41,147 bases of DNA from positions 1 through 41,147 of the forward strand of contig SFEK01000001.1 of NCBI GenBank assembly GCA_004557285.1, given 5' to 3'. The translations under genes were made by a program, and so were the position numbers. Source of the DNA: Bacteroidales bacterium. Lineage in GTDB: Bacteria; Bacteroidota; Bacteroidia; Bacteroidales; Bacteroidaceae. The notes under the pieces are model-generated. The model did not search any database, was not told the DNA's origin, and saw only the letters and a list, made by a program, of their open reading frames with translations. The first letter of the stretch is position 1. Each line of letters begins with the position of its first letter. Of the stretch, positions 29,482 to 39,796 are shown in pieces.

Positions 29482-31917
29482 ATGAAAGTTTTGAAATTTG
29501 GAGGAACATCCGTTGGTTCTGTACAGAGCATATCGTGCTTGAAGAATATTGTAGAGAATGAGGCCGGCAAACAGCCGGTAATCGTGGTGGTGAGTGCCCT
29601 GGGCGGCATCACCGACCAATTGCTGGCCACGGCAAAAATGGCGCAGCAAGGCGACGAAAGCTATATGGCACAGCTGCAGGTGATGCGCCAAAGGCACCAC
29701 AGCATGGCAGACACGCTCGTCGCCGACCGCAGCAAGCACGACACGCTCGCCACCGTCATCGACACCTTGTTCGACGAGCTGAAGAGCATCTATTACGGCG
29801 TGTACCTGATACGCGACCTGAGCAGCAAGACGCAAAACGCCATCGTGAGCTACGGCGAACGGCTCAGCTCGCCCATCACGGCCACCATGCTCGACGGTGC
29901 CGTGCTGAAAGACTCGCGCAAATTCATCAAGACCGAACAGAAGAAAAACAAGCACTTGCTTGACAGCAGCCTCACCAACAGGCTCATACAGGAGGCCTTT
30001 GCCCAGATGCCACGCATCACCGTGGTGCCCGGTTTCATCAGCAGCGACAAGCATACCGGCGAAACCACCAACCTGGGGCGTGGAGGAAGCGACTACACGG
30101 CATCGCTCATCGCCGCCGCACTCGATGCCGAGGTACTGGAGATATGGACCGACGTGGATGGATTCATGACGGCCGACCCGAGGGTGATCCCCACCGCCTA
30201 CCCCATCGACGAACTGAGCTACGGCGAGGCCATGGAGCTTTGCAACTTCGGCGCCAAGGTGGTATATCCGCCCACCATCTATCCCGTGTGCGTGAAAAAC
30301 ATCCCCATCAAGGTGAAAAACACCTTCAACGCCCAGGCTCCAGGCACCGTCATCATGCGAAAGGTGGAGCACGACAAGCGCATCATCAAGGGTATATCGA
30401 GCATCGACCACACCACGCTCATCACCGTCACGGGATTGTCGATGGTGGGTGTCATCGGTGTCAACAGACGAATCTTCACCGCCCTGGCCGACAACGGCAT
30501 CAGCGTGTTCATGGTGAGCCAGGCCTCGTCAGAAAACTCCACCTCGATAGCCGTCAAGGAGACGGATGCCAACGAGGCGGTACAGGTGCTCAACGAGGAG
30601 TTTGCCAAGGAAATAGCCACAGGAGCCATGTATCCCATGATTGCCGAGAGCGGACTGGCCACCGTGGCTATCGTGGGCGAGAAGATGCGCCACCGTCCGG
30701 GCATAGCGGGCAAGCTGTTCAGCACCCTGGGCCGTAGCGGCGTGAGCATCATCACCATTGCACAGGGTGCATTCGAGACCAACATCTCGTTTGTCATTCC
30801 CGGCAAATACCTGCGCAAGTCGCTCAACGTGATCCACGACTCGTTTTTCCTCTCCGAATACAACGTGCTCAACCTATTCATCTGCGGCGTGGGCACCGTG
30901 GGCAGCAAGCTCATCGAGCAGATACGCTCACAATGTGAGGTGCTCAAGAGCCGCCGCCGACTCAAGCTCAACGTGGTGGGCATAGCTTCCAGCAAAAACG
31001 CCATTTTCAACCGCGAAGGCATCGACCTTGACAACTACATGGAGCAGCTCACCCAATCGGCACCAAGCGACTGCAACCGGCTGAGGGAAGAGGTCATCGG
31101 CATGAACATCTTCAACAGCGTGTTTGTTGACTGCACGGCAAGCAAGGAGGTGGCCGACCTCTACCAGACATTCCTTGAGCACAACATTTCGGTGATAGCC
31201 GCCAACAAGATAGCCGCCTCGTCGAGCTATGAGAGCTATGTGAAACTCAAACAGACGGCTCTCGACAAGGGCGTGAAATTCCGCTTCGAGACCAACGTGG
31301 GTGCCGGTCTGCCCATCATCAACACCATCAACGACCTGCGCAACTCGGGCGACAAAATCCTGAAAATCGAGGCCGTGCTCAGCGGTACGCTCAACTTCAT
31401 ATTCAACGAACTGTCGGCCAGCGTGCCTCTGTCTGAAACCGTGAAGCGGGCCAAGGAGCAGGGCTACAGCGAACCCGACCCACGCATCGACCTGAGCGGT
31501 ACGGATGTGGTGAGAAAACTTATCATCCTCACTCGCGAAGCGGGCTACAAGGTGGAACAGGAGGATGTGGAGAAACATCTCTTCATACCCGAAGAACTGT
31601 TCAACGGTTCGTTGGACGACTTCTGGAAAAAGCTGGTTTTGCTAGACGACGACTTTGAGCAACGCCGCCGACAACTCGAGGAGCAACAGATGCGCTGGCG
31701 CTTTGTGGCTACCATGGAGAAAGGACGCACCAGCGTGGCCCTGCAGGCGGTGGGCAAAGACCACCCCTTCTACAGCCTTGAAGGGTCCAACAACATCGTG
31801 ATGCTCACCACCGAACGCTACAAGGAATATCCCATGCTCATCAAGGGCTACGGCGCAGGCGCAAGCGTCACGGCGGCCGGCGTGTTTGCCAACGTCATGA
31901 GCATAGCCAACATCTGA
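29482..31917 (+). CDS. thrA: Bifunctional aspartate kinase / homoserine dehydrogenase I
   Basis: MKVLKFGGTSVG, LGRGGSDY, two ACT domains, GVGTVG, ETNVGAGLP, SEPDPR.DLSG.D, GYGAGA.VTAAGVF. Confidence 0.97.
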   Translation: MKVLKFGGTSVGSVQSISCLKNIVENEAGKQPVIVVVSALGGITDQLLATAKMAQQGDESYMAQLQVMRQRHHSMADTLVADRSKHDTLATVIDTLFDELKSIYYGVYLIRDLSSKTQNAIVSYGERLSSPITATMLDGAVLKDSRKFIKTEQKKNKHLLDSSLTNRLIQEAFAQMPRITVVPGFISSDKHTGETTNLGRGGSDYTASLIAAALDAEVLEIWTDVDGFMTADPRVIPTAYPIDELSYGEAMELCNFGAKVVYPPTIYPVCVKNIPIKVKNTFNAQAPGTVIMRKVEHDKRIIKGISSIDHTTLITVTGLSMVGVIGVNRRIFTALADNGISVFMVSQASSENSTSIAVKETDANEAVQVLNEEFAKEIATGAMYPMIAESGLATVAIVGEKMRHRPGIAGKLFSTLGRSGVSIITIAQGAFETNISFVIPGKYLRKSLNVIHDSFFLSEYNVLNLFICGVGTVGSKLIEQIRSQCEVLKSRRRLKLNVVGIASSKNAIFNREGIDLDNYMEQLTQSAPSDCNRLREEVIGMNIFNSVFVDCTASKEVADLYQTFLEHNISVIAANKIAASSSYESYVKLKQTALDKGVKFRFETNVGAGLPIINTINDLRNSGDKILKIEAVLSGTLNFIFNELSASVPLSETVKRAKEQGYSEPDPRIDLSGTDVVRKLIILTREAGYKVEQEDVEKHLFIPEELFNGSLDDFWKKLVLLDDDFEQRRRQLEEQQMRWRFVATMEKGRTSVALQAVGKDHPFYSLEGSNNIVMLTTERYKEYPMLIKGYGAGASVTAAGVFANVMSIANI

Positions 31918-32100
31918 TGACCCGTGCGGCATCGCCCTTTCGCTTGCAAAACATATCCTTGTCCCGGGCGACGGCATGGCCTTGACCATGCCACACCCGT
32001 GGATATATGGCTCTAAACATCTGCCCCATCCCTTTGGGGCACAACAACATCATCTGATGCAGCATCATGCTATCCGATGTGATGCATTGTGCTGAGGCTT

Positions 32101-32153
32101 GTATTACAGTATTACAGTTATTACAGCATTACAGTTATTACAGTATTACAGTT
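32101..32153. repeat. Tandem array of six ATTACAG cores with 8/9-bp alternating spacing
   Basis: ATTACAG at 32103, 32111, 32120, 32128, 32137 and 32145. Confidence 0.9.
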
Positions 32154-32254
32154 TTTCATCTTTCGCAAATTCAATCAGGGAACAATCGCCGACATTCAAG
32201 GCACGCCATGAACAACACCAATCCCGGCCGGCCAAAAATGCCATCAACAAAAAA

Positions 32255-32399
32255 GGTTCATCCGACATATAGAGTGACGCTTTTGTCCCTTCAGGGCGTC
32301 AAATAACGAGCTATGAATATGGCTACACTACATCGGCAATGAAGTCAACATACTTACATCATGCAGCAATATATCATCACTCGGAATACCGGATGAACC
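32255..32399. mobile_element. 145-bp MITE with 25-bp imperfect terminal inverted repeats and 8-bp target-site duplication (IS1595-like)
   Basis: Both ends read GGTTCATCCG-N7-GAGTGA(C/T)G inward; ACAAAAAA flanks both sides (32247-32254, 32400-32407); second copy at 1-139. Confidence 0.85.
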
Positions 32400-32401
32400 A
32401 C

Positions 32402-32446
32402 AAAAAAACCCCTCTCTCCCCGGAGGCAATTAGGGGAAGAGAGGGG
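32402..32446 (-). terminator. Intrinsic terminator of thrS
   Basis: CCCCTCTCTCCCC / GGGGAAGAGAGGGG stem followed on the minus strand by T7. Confidence 0.75.
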
Positions 32447-32495
32447 GAACATAGAGCCTCATGAAAAGGCTTCACATTCTGGAATATCAAAAAAA

Positions 32496-34454
32496 TTATC
32501 CTATGTTCTCGGTAGCCTTCAACTGCTCGGCCACCTCGTCGTTCACCAGTTTGGCAAAGTCGGCCATCGACATGATGCCCTGGTCGCCCTGGCCCTGCTT
32601 GCGCACGGCAACGGCACCGTCGGCCTGCTCCTTCTCGCCCACGACGAGCATATAGGGAATGCGCTTCATTTCGTTGTCGCGTATCTTGCGGCCAATCTTC
32701 TCGTTGCGGTCGTCGATGATGGCACGCACGCCCTTGGTGTCGAGATATTTGGCCACCTCGGCGGCATAAGCGTTGTATTTCTCGCTGATGGGCAGGATAG
32801 ACACCTGGTTAGGGGTGAGCCACAAGGGGAAGTGGCCCGATGTGTGCTCTATGAGCACGGCGGTGAAACGCTCCAGCGAACCGAACGGCGCGCGGTGGAT
32901 CATCACGGGAGTCTTCTTGGTGTTGTCGTCGTCGGTATATTCCAGTTTGAAGCGCGACGGCAGGTTGTAGTCCACCTGGATGGTGCCCAGCTGCCAGCGG
33001 CGGCCAATGGCATCCTTCACCATGAAGTCGAGCTTGGGGCCGTAGAATGCCGCCTCGCCATACTCGATCTTGGCATTAAGGCCCTTTTCCTTGCAGGCAT
33101 CGATGATGGCCTGCTCGCTCTCTGCCCACACCTCATCAGAACCGATGTATTTTTCATGGTCGTTGGGGTCGCGGAGCGAAATCTGCGCTTCGAAGTTCTC
33201 GAACTTGAAGATGGTGAACACGGTGTTGATGATGTCCATCACACGCAGAAACTCGCTCTTCACCTGGTCGGGGCGGCAGAAGATATGTGCATCGTCTTGG
33301 GTGAACGAGCGCACACGGGTGAGGCCGTGCAGCTCTCCGCTCTTCTCATAGCGATACACGGTGCCAAACTCAGCGATGCGCAGGGGCAGGTCGCGGTAAG
33401 AGCGTGGTTTCCAGGCAAACACCTCACAATGGTGAGGACAGTTCATGGGTTTGAGCATGTATTCCTCGTCCTCCTCGGGGGTATGTATGGGCTGGAACGA
33501 GTCCTTGCCATAGTGGGCATAGTGGCCAGAGGTGACATAAAGGTTCTTGCTGCCGATGTGCGGGGTGATGACCTCCTGATAGCCGTAACGCTTCTGGATG
33601 TGGCGCAGCATGTCCTGCAGGCGCAGGCGCAGCTCGGTGCCGGCGGGCAGCCAGATGGGCATACCCTTGCCCACGCGCTCGGAGAACATGAAGAGTTCCA
33701 TCTCCTTGCCTATCTTGCGGTGGTCGCGCTTTTTGGCCTCTTCAAGCATCACGAGATACTCGTCGAGCATCTTCTTCTTGGGGAAGGTGATGCCATAGAT
33801 GCGGGTCATCTGCTCACGGTTGGCATCACCACGCCAGAAGGCTCCTGCCACGCTGGTGATCTTGATGGCCTTGATGGCACCCGTGCTCACCAGGTGAGGC
33901 CCCTTGCAGAGGTCGGTGAAGTTGCCCTGTGTATATGTAGAGATGGTGCCGTCCTCCAAGTCTTGGTCGATGTGCTCACACTTGTAGGTCTGGCCGTCGG
34001 CGCCGAAGGCAGCCATGGCATCGGCCTTGGACACTTCTTGCCTGACCACGGGTTCGTCCTTGGCGGCAAGTTCCTTCATCTTCTTCTCGATCTTCTCGAA
34101 GTCGCCTTCCTTGATGATGTCGCCTTCCTTAGGCATGACATCATAGAAGAAGCCGTTTTCGATGGCAGGACCGAAACCGAACTGTATGCCGGGATAAAGC
34201 TCTTTCAAGGCCTCGGCCAGCAAGTGGGCAGAAGTGTGCCAGAAGGCGTGCTTGCCCTCTTCATCCTCCCATTTGTAGAGTTCTACCTTTGCGTCGCTGT
34301 TGATTGGACGGTTCAATTCTGTCGTTTCACCGTTCACGCCACAGGCAATCACGTTGCGTGCCAGGGCTGGCGAAATGCTTTCTGCAATCTGTTGTCCCGT
34401 AACACCCTGTTCATACTCGCGCACAGAGCCATCGGGAAAAGTGATGTGTATCAT
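32496..34454 (-). CDS. thrS: Threonine--tRNA ligase
   Basis: TGS domain, [59 protein letters not shown]. Confidence 0.98.
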   Translation of the reverse strand: MIHITFPDGSVREYEQGVTGQQIAESISPALARNVIACGVNGETTELNRPINSDAKVELYKWEDEEGKHAFWHTSAHLLAEALKELYPGIQFGFGPAIENGFFYDVMPKEGDIIKEGDFEKIEKKMKELAAKDEPVVRQEVSKADAMAAFGADGQTYKCEHIDQDLEDGTISTYTQGNFTDLCKGPHLVSTGAIKAIKITSVAGAFWRGDANREQMTRIYGITFPKKKMLDEYLVMLEEAKKRDHRKIGKEMELFMFSERVGKGMPIWLPAGTELRLRLQDMLRHIQKRYGYQEVITPHIGSKNLYVTSGHYAHYGKDSFQPIHTPEEDEEYMLKPMNCPHHCEVFAWKPRSYRDLPLRIAEFGTVYRYEKSGELHGLTRVRSFTQDDAHIFCRPDQVKSEFLRVMDIINTVFTIFKFENFEAQISLRDPNDHEKYIGSDEVWAESEQAIIDACKEKGLNAKIEYGEAAFYGPKLDFMVKDAIGRRWQLGTIQVDYNLPSRFKLEYTDDDNTKKTPVMIHRAPFGSLERFTAVLIEHTSGHFPLWLTPNQVSILPISEKYNAYAAEVAKYLDTKGVRAIIDDRNEKIGRKIRDNEMKRIPYMLVVGEKEQADGAVAVRKQGQGDQGIMSMADFAKLVNDEVAEQLKATENIG

Positions 34455-34487
34455 AAACTACTGTTTAAAAATTTCCGTATTTTCCTG

Positions 34488-34495
34488 CAAAAGTA
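34488..34495 (-). promoter_or_regulatory. -7 box of the thrS promoter
   Basis: TACTTTTG on the minus strand 33 nt upstream of the ATG. Confidence 0.55.
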
Positions 34496-34576
34496 ATATA
34501 TTTCCGTAAAATAATCGTATTATTCTGCACTTATTTTGCATTTTATCCGATTTTTGCACCATTTCCTGCACAAAAG

Positions 34577-35773
34577 TCACCGCAGTTTGTGACGATGGTA
34601 ATGGGGAGTGACCTTTGCGGAAAAATACACCAACGACACCACGCTGAGCAACGCTCCCACCAGATATACCATGTAAAAGGTGAAATGCTGGGCGATGACT
34701 CCGCTCAGGGCGATGCCTATGCCCAGGCCCACATCCCATGCCGTGAGATAGGTGCTGGTGGCCGTGGCCCGTTGGTTGTTGGGGGCAAGGTTGATGTAGA
34801 GGGTGTTGAAGGCGGGGAACATGGTGCCGAAACCCACACCCAGCAAGGCTGGCACGATGAAGAACACCACCTCGCCACAGGACATGCCCATCAGGCTGAC
34901 ATCCATCAGCCAGCGGCACATCGACAGCAGCAGAAATGCGGCCACCACGGGCACAAAGCCCACCAGGATGCAGGTGGTGACACGACCGCGGTCAACCTGC
35001 CGGCCGGCAAACAGGCGCGATATGCCCATGCCACAGGCCATGATGGTGAAGAAACAGCCCACCTGCCCCTTGATGCCTATCTCCTGCGCATACATCGCCA
35101 CGAAGTTGGTGGTGGAGCCGTAGGGGATGGAGAGCAACAGGAGCGACACGCTGGCCGGAATGCCGCGCAAGAGGAAGAAACGGTCGAGCGAAACGGGCGC
35201 ACGGCGCACGGGTGGACGGGCAGCCGTCTTCACCGTTGTGGCCAGCAGAAGACCGGCAATACTGGTGGAAAGACCTGCAAGGAAAATCACCTCGTATGAC
35301 AGGTGGCCATGCATGAACAGACCTGCCATGGGCCCCAACGCCATCGACACGTTGTTGGTGAGCCCATAATAGCCCAGACCCTCGCCGCGCCGCGCTGCAG
35401 GCATCACATCCACCACCAAGGTGTTGCCGCCCACAGTCACCCCGCCAAAGGCGGCACCATGGAGGGTGCGCAGGATGATGAACATGGTGAGCCCTCCGGC
35501 AAGCACATAACCCAGAAACATGCTCACGCACAAGAAATAGCAGAAGATATAGATGGGCTTGCGCGGAAACGAGTCCATGATATAGCCCGAAAACGGGCGC
35601 ACACACAGTTCGGAAACCGTGTAGCAGCTCAACACCGCCCCCAATACGGCCTCAGGACAATGGTAGTTTTCCCTGAGGTAGAAAGGCAGGATGGGAATGA
35701 GCAGCCAAAACCCGAAAAAGAGCAGGAAATTGGCGGCAAGAAGCGCAATATAACTCCTTGTGAACAGACGCAT
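34577..35773 (-). CDS. MFS transporter
   Basis: About 12 TM helices; RPFSGYIMDSFPRK motif A, RRGEGLGYYG; start taken at MRLFTR. Confidence 0.92.
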   Translation of the reverse strand: MRLFTRSYIALLAANFLLFFGFWLLIPILPFYLRENYHCPEAVLGAVLSCYTVSELCVRPFSGYIMDSFPRKPIYIFCYFLCVSMFLGYVLAGGLTMFIILRTLHGAAFGGVTVGGNTLVVDVMPAARRGEGLGYYGLTNNVSMALGPMAGLFMHGHLSYEVIFLAGLSTSIAGLLLATTVKTAARPPVRRAPVSLDRFFLLRGIPASVSLLLLSIPYGSTTNFVAMYAQEIGIKGQVGCFFTIMACGMGISRLFAGRQVDRGRVTTCILVGFVPVVAAFLLLSMCRWLMDVSLMGMSCGEVVFFIVPALLGVGFGTMFPAFNTLYINLAPNNQRATATSTYLTAWDVGLGIGIALSGVIAQHFTFYMVYLVGALLSVVSLVYFSAKVTPHYHRHKLR

Positions 35774-35854
35774 GGCAACACAACAAAAGGCAGCCGCAGC
35801 GGTGGATGTATCATCAAACCGCCCCAACTGCCCAACAATATAAATATGAATATG

Positions 35855-36892
35855 TTAATTGGCCGACTCGAACTCTTCCAGGAAACGGGTATCGTTCTCT
35901 GAGAACAGACGCAGGTCGGACACCTGGTATTTCAGGTTGGTGATGCGCTCCACACCCAGACCGAAGGCATAGCCGCTATACACCTTGCTGTCGATGCCGC
36001 AGAGCTCGAGCACGTTGGGATCGACCATGCCGCAGCCAAGAATCTCGACCCATCCCGTCTGCTTGCAGAAGCCGCATCCCTTGCCGCCGCAAATGTGGCA
36101 CGAGATGTCCATCTCGGCACTCGGCTCGGTGAAGGGGAAATAGCTGGGGCGCAGACGTATCTTGGTGTCGGCCCCGAACAGCTCACGGGCAAAGGTGAGC
36201 AACACCTGCTTCAGGTCGGTGAACGACACGTTCTTGTCGATATACAAGCCCTCGATCTGATGGAAGAAACAATGGGCACGGGCGGTGATGGCCTCGTTGC
36301 GATACACACGCCCGGGGCAGATGATGCGTATGGGCGGCTGGCCACTCTCCATCACACGGGCCTGCACCGAACTGGTGTGGCTGCGCAACAGGATGTTCTT
36401 GGTGACATCGTCGGGGTTGGCCTCCACGAAGAAGGTGTCCTGCATGTCGCGGGCGGGATGGTCGGCGGCGAAATTCATCTTGGTGAACACATGCAGGTCG
36501 TCTTCCACCTCGGGGCCGTCGGCCAGGGTGAATCCCATGCGCGTGAAGATGTCTATGATTTCATTCTTGACAATGGTCAACGGATGCCTTGTACCTAATT
36601 TCACGGGATATGGAGTGCGCGTGAGGTCGATGTCGTCGTCGTGGGCATCCTTCTGCTCACACATTTCCCTCAAGGCGTTGATGCGTTCAAGAGCCGTCTG
36701 CTTCAGCTCATTGACCCTCATGCCCACCTCTTTCTTCTGCTCTGCAGGCACATTCCTGAAATCTGCCATCAACGAACTGATGGCACCCTTTTTACTCAAA
36801 TACTTCAATCTGAGTGCCTCTATCTCTTCGGGCGTAGAGGCGCTTAGCCCTTTGACTTCCTCAAGAAGTTTCTCGATTTTCTCAAGTATCAT
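35855..36892 (-). CDS. pheS: Phenylalanine--tRNA ligase alpha subunit
   Basis: HPARDMQDTF, LRSHTS, PGRVYR, FHQIEG, RPSYFPFTEPS, EILGCGMV, GYAFGLGVER. Confidence 0.98.
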   Translation of the reverse strand: MILEKIEKLLEEVKGLSASTPEEIEALRLKYLSKKGAISSLMADFRNVPAEQKKEVGMRVNELKQTALERINALREMCEQKDAHDDDIDLTRTPYPVKLGTRHPLTIVKNEIIDIFTRMGFTLADGPEVEDDLHVFTKMNFAADHPARDMQDTFFVEANPDDVTKNILLRSHTSSVQARVMESGQPPIRIICPGRVYRNEAITARAHCFFHQIEGLYIDKNVSFTDLKQVLLTFARELFGADTKIRLRPSYFPFTEPSAEMDISCHICGGKGCGFCKQTGWVEILGCGMVDPNVLELCGIDSKVYSGYAFGLGVERITNLKYQVSDLRLFSENDTRFLEEFESAN

Positions 36893-36930
36893 GTTATGGA
36901 TATTTTTGATGCCTATTAAAAATATTGATG

Positions 36931-36989
36931 CAAAGGTAATATTTTTAGATTGAAACTGTATCATAAATCAAAATAAAGTTGTACTTTTG
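36931..36989. promoter_or_regulatory. Divergent promoters for pheS (-) and lipoprotein-murB (+)
   Basis: TACCTTTG on minus (36931-36938) and TACTTTTG on plus (36982-36989). Confidence 0.6.
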
Positions 36990-37035
36990 CCGAAATTTTG
37001 AGATATTATCGCATACAAAGGAGTATTGTGGAAGT

Positions 37036-37875
37036 ATGAAAAAGGGATTTGTACTCATCATGGCCTTCTGCGCCGCCATGATGTTATGGACAACAGGATG
37101 CGCCGACAAGAAGCCATCGGAGCCCATCGAACAGCATGACTCTATCGCCGACACCACAGCGACAGACACGCTCGAACAACTGATTTCAGAACAGCAGATG
37201 CCCAAGGCGGCCGATGAATTGTTTGACGACTTCATCTTCAATTTCGCCGCCAACAGGAAACTGCAGTTCAGCCGCATCGTGTTCCCGCTGAAGAAAACCG
37301 ACGGGAAAAAAGTGTCTTACATCGAGAAGAAACAATGGAAGATGGAGCATTTCTTCATGCCGCAGGGCTATTACACGCTCATTTTCGACAACATGAAGCA
37401 GATGAAGCTGGTCAAGGATACTTCTATCAACAACGTGGTGGTGGAAAAAGTGTATCTCGACCGCAAGAAGGTGAAGAAATACATCTTCGAGCGCATCAAC
37501 GGACAATGGATGCTCACCGGCATCAATACCAACGCCATGTACCAGAATACCAACGCATCGTTTCTGGCCTTCTACCAGAAGTTTGCCACCGACTCGCTCT
37601 TCCAGGTGAACAGCCTCAACAACCCCGTGGAGTTCAACGGTCCTAACCCCGACGACGACTTCGGCACCATGACAGGCGAGATAGCCCCGGAAACATGGCC
37701 TGCATTTGCCCCCGAGCTGCCGGCCGGCTTCATATACAACATCGTGTATGGACAGAAATACACCGAGGGCACACAGAAGATCTTCGTGATGCGAGGCATA
37801 GCCAACGGTATGGAGATGCAACTGACCTTCAAGAAAATTGGAGGCAAATGGAAACTGACCAAACTGGTGGAATAG
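37036..37875 (+). CDS. Conserved Bacteroidales lipoprotein (DUF4348-type)
   Basis: Signal with TGC lipobox; ADELFDDFIFNF motif and a duplicated F..F...F..D..FQ unit; upstream of murB. Confidence 0.85.
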   Translation: MKKGFVLIMAFCAAMMLWTTGCADKKPSEPIEQHDSIADTTATDTLEQLISEQQMPKAADELFDDFIFNFAANRKLQFSRIVFPLKKTDGKKVSYIEKKQWKMEHFFMPQGYYTLIFDNMKQMKLVKDTSINNVVVEKVYLDRKKVKKYIFERINGQWMLTGINTNAMYQNTNASFLAFYQKFATDSLFQVNSLNNPVEFNGPNPDDDFGTMTGEIAPETWPAFAPELPAGFIYNIVYGQKYTEGTQKIFVMRGIANGMEMQLTFKKIGGKWKLTKLVE

Positions 37876-37877
37876 AC

Positions 37878-38900
37878 ATGAGACAGGAACACGACTACAG
37901 CCTGAAGGCGCACAACACCTTCGGCATAGAGGCCAGATGCAAACGTTTCATCGAATTTGAAAACGTTGACGAACTGCGCCAAGTCATCAACGACATAGGC
38001 AACGAGCGGCGGCAGGGCGAACCGATGCTGCTGCTCGGCGGCGGCAGCAACCTGCTGCTCACAGGCCACTTCAACGGCACGGTGCTCCACTCGGCCATCA
38101 AGGGCCACGAGGCCACCACGACACCCGACGGCATTCTGCTGCGATGCGGCAGCGGAGAGGTGTGGGACGACATCGTGGACCTGTGCGTGAAAAACCATTG
38201 GCACGGCATGGAAAACCTCTCGCTCATTCCGGGTGAGGTGGGCGCAAGCGCCGTGCAGAACATCGGAGCCTACGGAGCCGAAGCAAAGGATATTATATAT
38301 AAGGTGGAAGCCATCGACCTGGCCACGGGCGAGCCACGGCAGATAGCCAACGAGGAATGTGAATATGCCTACCGCTACAGCAAGTTCAAGGGCGAATGGC
38401 GCAACCGCTACATCATCACCCATGTGACCTACAGGCTGAGCAACACGTTCTCACCACAACTGGACTATGGCAACATCAGGAGCGAACTGCAACGGCAGGG
38501 CGTGGACAACCCCACGGCACAACAGCTGAGGGAGGTCATCATCAGCATAAGAAACGCCAAACTGCCCGACCCCAAGCAAGAGGGCAACGCGGGCAGCTTC
38601 TTCATGAACCCCGTGGTGGAACGCAGCGTGTATGAACACCTTGCCGCCCAATATGAGGGCATGCCTCACTACGACGTGGACGACCGGCATGTGAAGATAC
38701 CTGCCGGATGGATGATTGACCAATGTGGATGGAAAGGCAAGACCATGGGCAAGGCCGGCGTGCACGACAAGCAGGCCCTGGTGCTGGTGAACCGTGGCGG
38801 TGCCACAGGACAAGACATCCTGGACCTGTGCAATGCCATACGCAAAGATGTGCACCAACGGTTCGGCATCGACATTCATCCCGAAGTAAACATCGTGTGA
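37878..38900 (+). CDS. murB: UDP-N-acetylmuramate dehydrogenase
   Basis: HNTFGI, GGGSNLL, IPGEVGASAVQNIGAYG, KLPDP..GNAGSFFMNP, QALVLVN. Confidence 0.97.
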   Translation: MRQEHDYSLKAHNTFGIEARCKRFIEFENVDELRQVINDIGNERRQGEPMLLLGGGSNLLLTGHFNGTVLHSAIKGHEATTTPDGILLRCGSGEVWDDIVDLCVKNHWHGMENLSLIPGEVGASAVQNIGAYGAEAKDIIYKVEAIDLATGEPRQIANEECEYAYRYSKFKGEWRNRYIITHVTYRLSNTFSPQLDYGNIRSELQRQGVDNPTAQQLREVIISIRNAKLPDPKQEGNAGSFFMNPVVERSVYEHLAAQYEGMPHYDVDDRHVKIPAGWMIDQCGWKGKTMGKAGVHDKQALVLVNRGGATGQDILDLCNAIRKDVHQRFGIDIHPEVNIV

Positions 38901-38902
38901 AC

Positions 38903-39667
38903 ATGGCAAGACTCACGTTCTTAGGCACAGGCACATCCGTAGGAGTGCCCACCATCGGCTGCACATGCCCCGTATGCACAAGCAGCGACAGGCACGACAG
39001 GCGCACGCGGGCATCGGCAATGGTGGAGACCGACCGCACACGGGTGCTTATCGACTGCGGACCCGACTTCAGACAGCAGATGCTGCAACAGCCCTTCAGA
39101 AAAATCGATGGCGTGCTTGTAACCCATGCCCACTACGACCATGTGGGCGGCATGGACGACATACGCCCCTTCTGCACGTTTGGCGAAATCAACGTCTATG
39201 CCGACAGACGTGCCGCCGGCAACCTGCGACAGATGATGCCCTATTGTTTTGAGGAGCATCTTTATCCGGGCGTGCCGCGCATACACCTCAACACCATCAC
39301 CCCTCACCGCATGCTGACCATCAACGAACTGCACATCATGCCCATAACCGTGATGCACGACAAACTGCCCATACTGGGGTTCCGCATTGGCACGTTGCTC
39401 TACATCACCGACATGAAAACCATCGGGCACGAAGAAATGGAATACATCAAAGGGATAGACACGCTGGTGGTCAACGCCTTGCGCTTTGAGCCCGACCACC
39501 ATTCGCATCTCGTGGTGAGCGAGGCCATCGACTTTGCCCGACAATTGGGGGCAAGCCGCACATACTTCACCCACATCTGCCATGGCATGGGACTGCACGA
39601 AGAGGTGAACAGGCAACTGCCCCACGGCGTGCAACTGGCATACGACGGGCAAACAATTGAATGGTGA
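38903..39667 (+). CDS. MBL-fold metallo-hydrolase (PhnP-like)
   Basis: LGTGTS.GVP.IGC.C.VC, IDCGPDFR, THAHYDH, YITD, THICH, LAYDG. Confidence 0.93.
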   Translation: MARLTFLGTGTSVGVPTIGCTCPVCTSSDRHDRRTRASAMVETDRTRVLIDCGPDFRQQMLQQPFRKIDGVLVTHAHYDHVGGMDDIRPFCTFGEINVYADRRAAGNLRQMMPYCFEEHLYPGVPRIHLNTITPHRMLTINELHIMPITVMHDKLPILGFRIGTLLYITDMKTIGHEEMEYIKGIDTLVVNALRFEPDHHSHLVVSEAIDFARQLGASRTYFTHICHGMGLHEEVNRQLPHGVQLAYDGQTIEW

Positions 39668-39688
39668 TGTTGCTCCTATAAAATCGCC

Positions 39689-39796
39689 ATTACAGTTATT
39701 TCAATTACAGTTATTTCAATTACAGTTATTTCAATTACAGTTATTTCAATTACAGTTATTTCAATTACAGTTATTTCAATTACAGTTATTACAGTT
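39689..39796. repeat. Perfect tandem repeat (ATTACAGTTATTTCA)x6 followed by (ATTACAGTT)x2
   Basis: Counted directly; intergenic, 21 nt after the MBL hydrolase stop. Confidence 0.97.

Noticed and set aside
11239..34496. Long antisense ORFs (e.g. 11239-12240, 15738-17471, 21147-22931, 32832-34496)
   Set aside because: Shadow frames of GC-rich, codon-biased genes on the opposite strand; no recognisable motifs.
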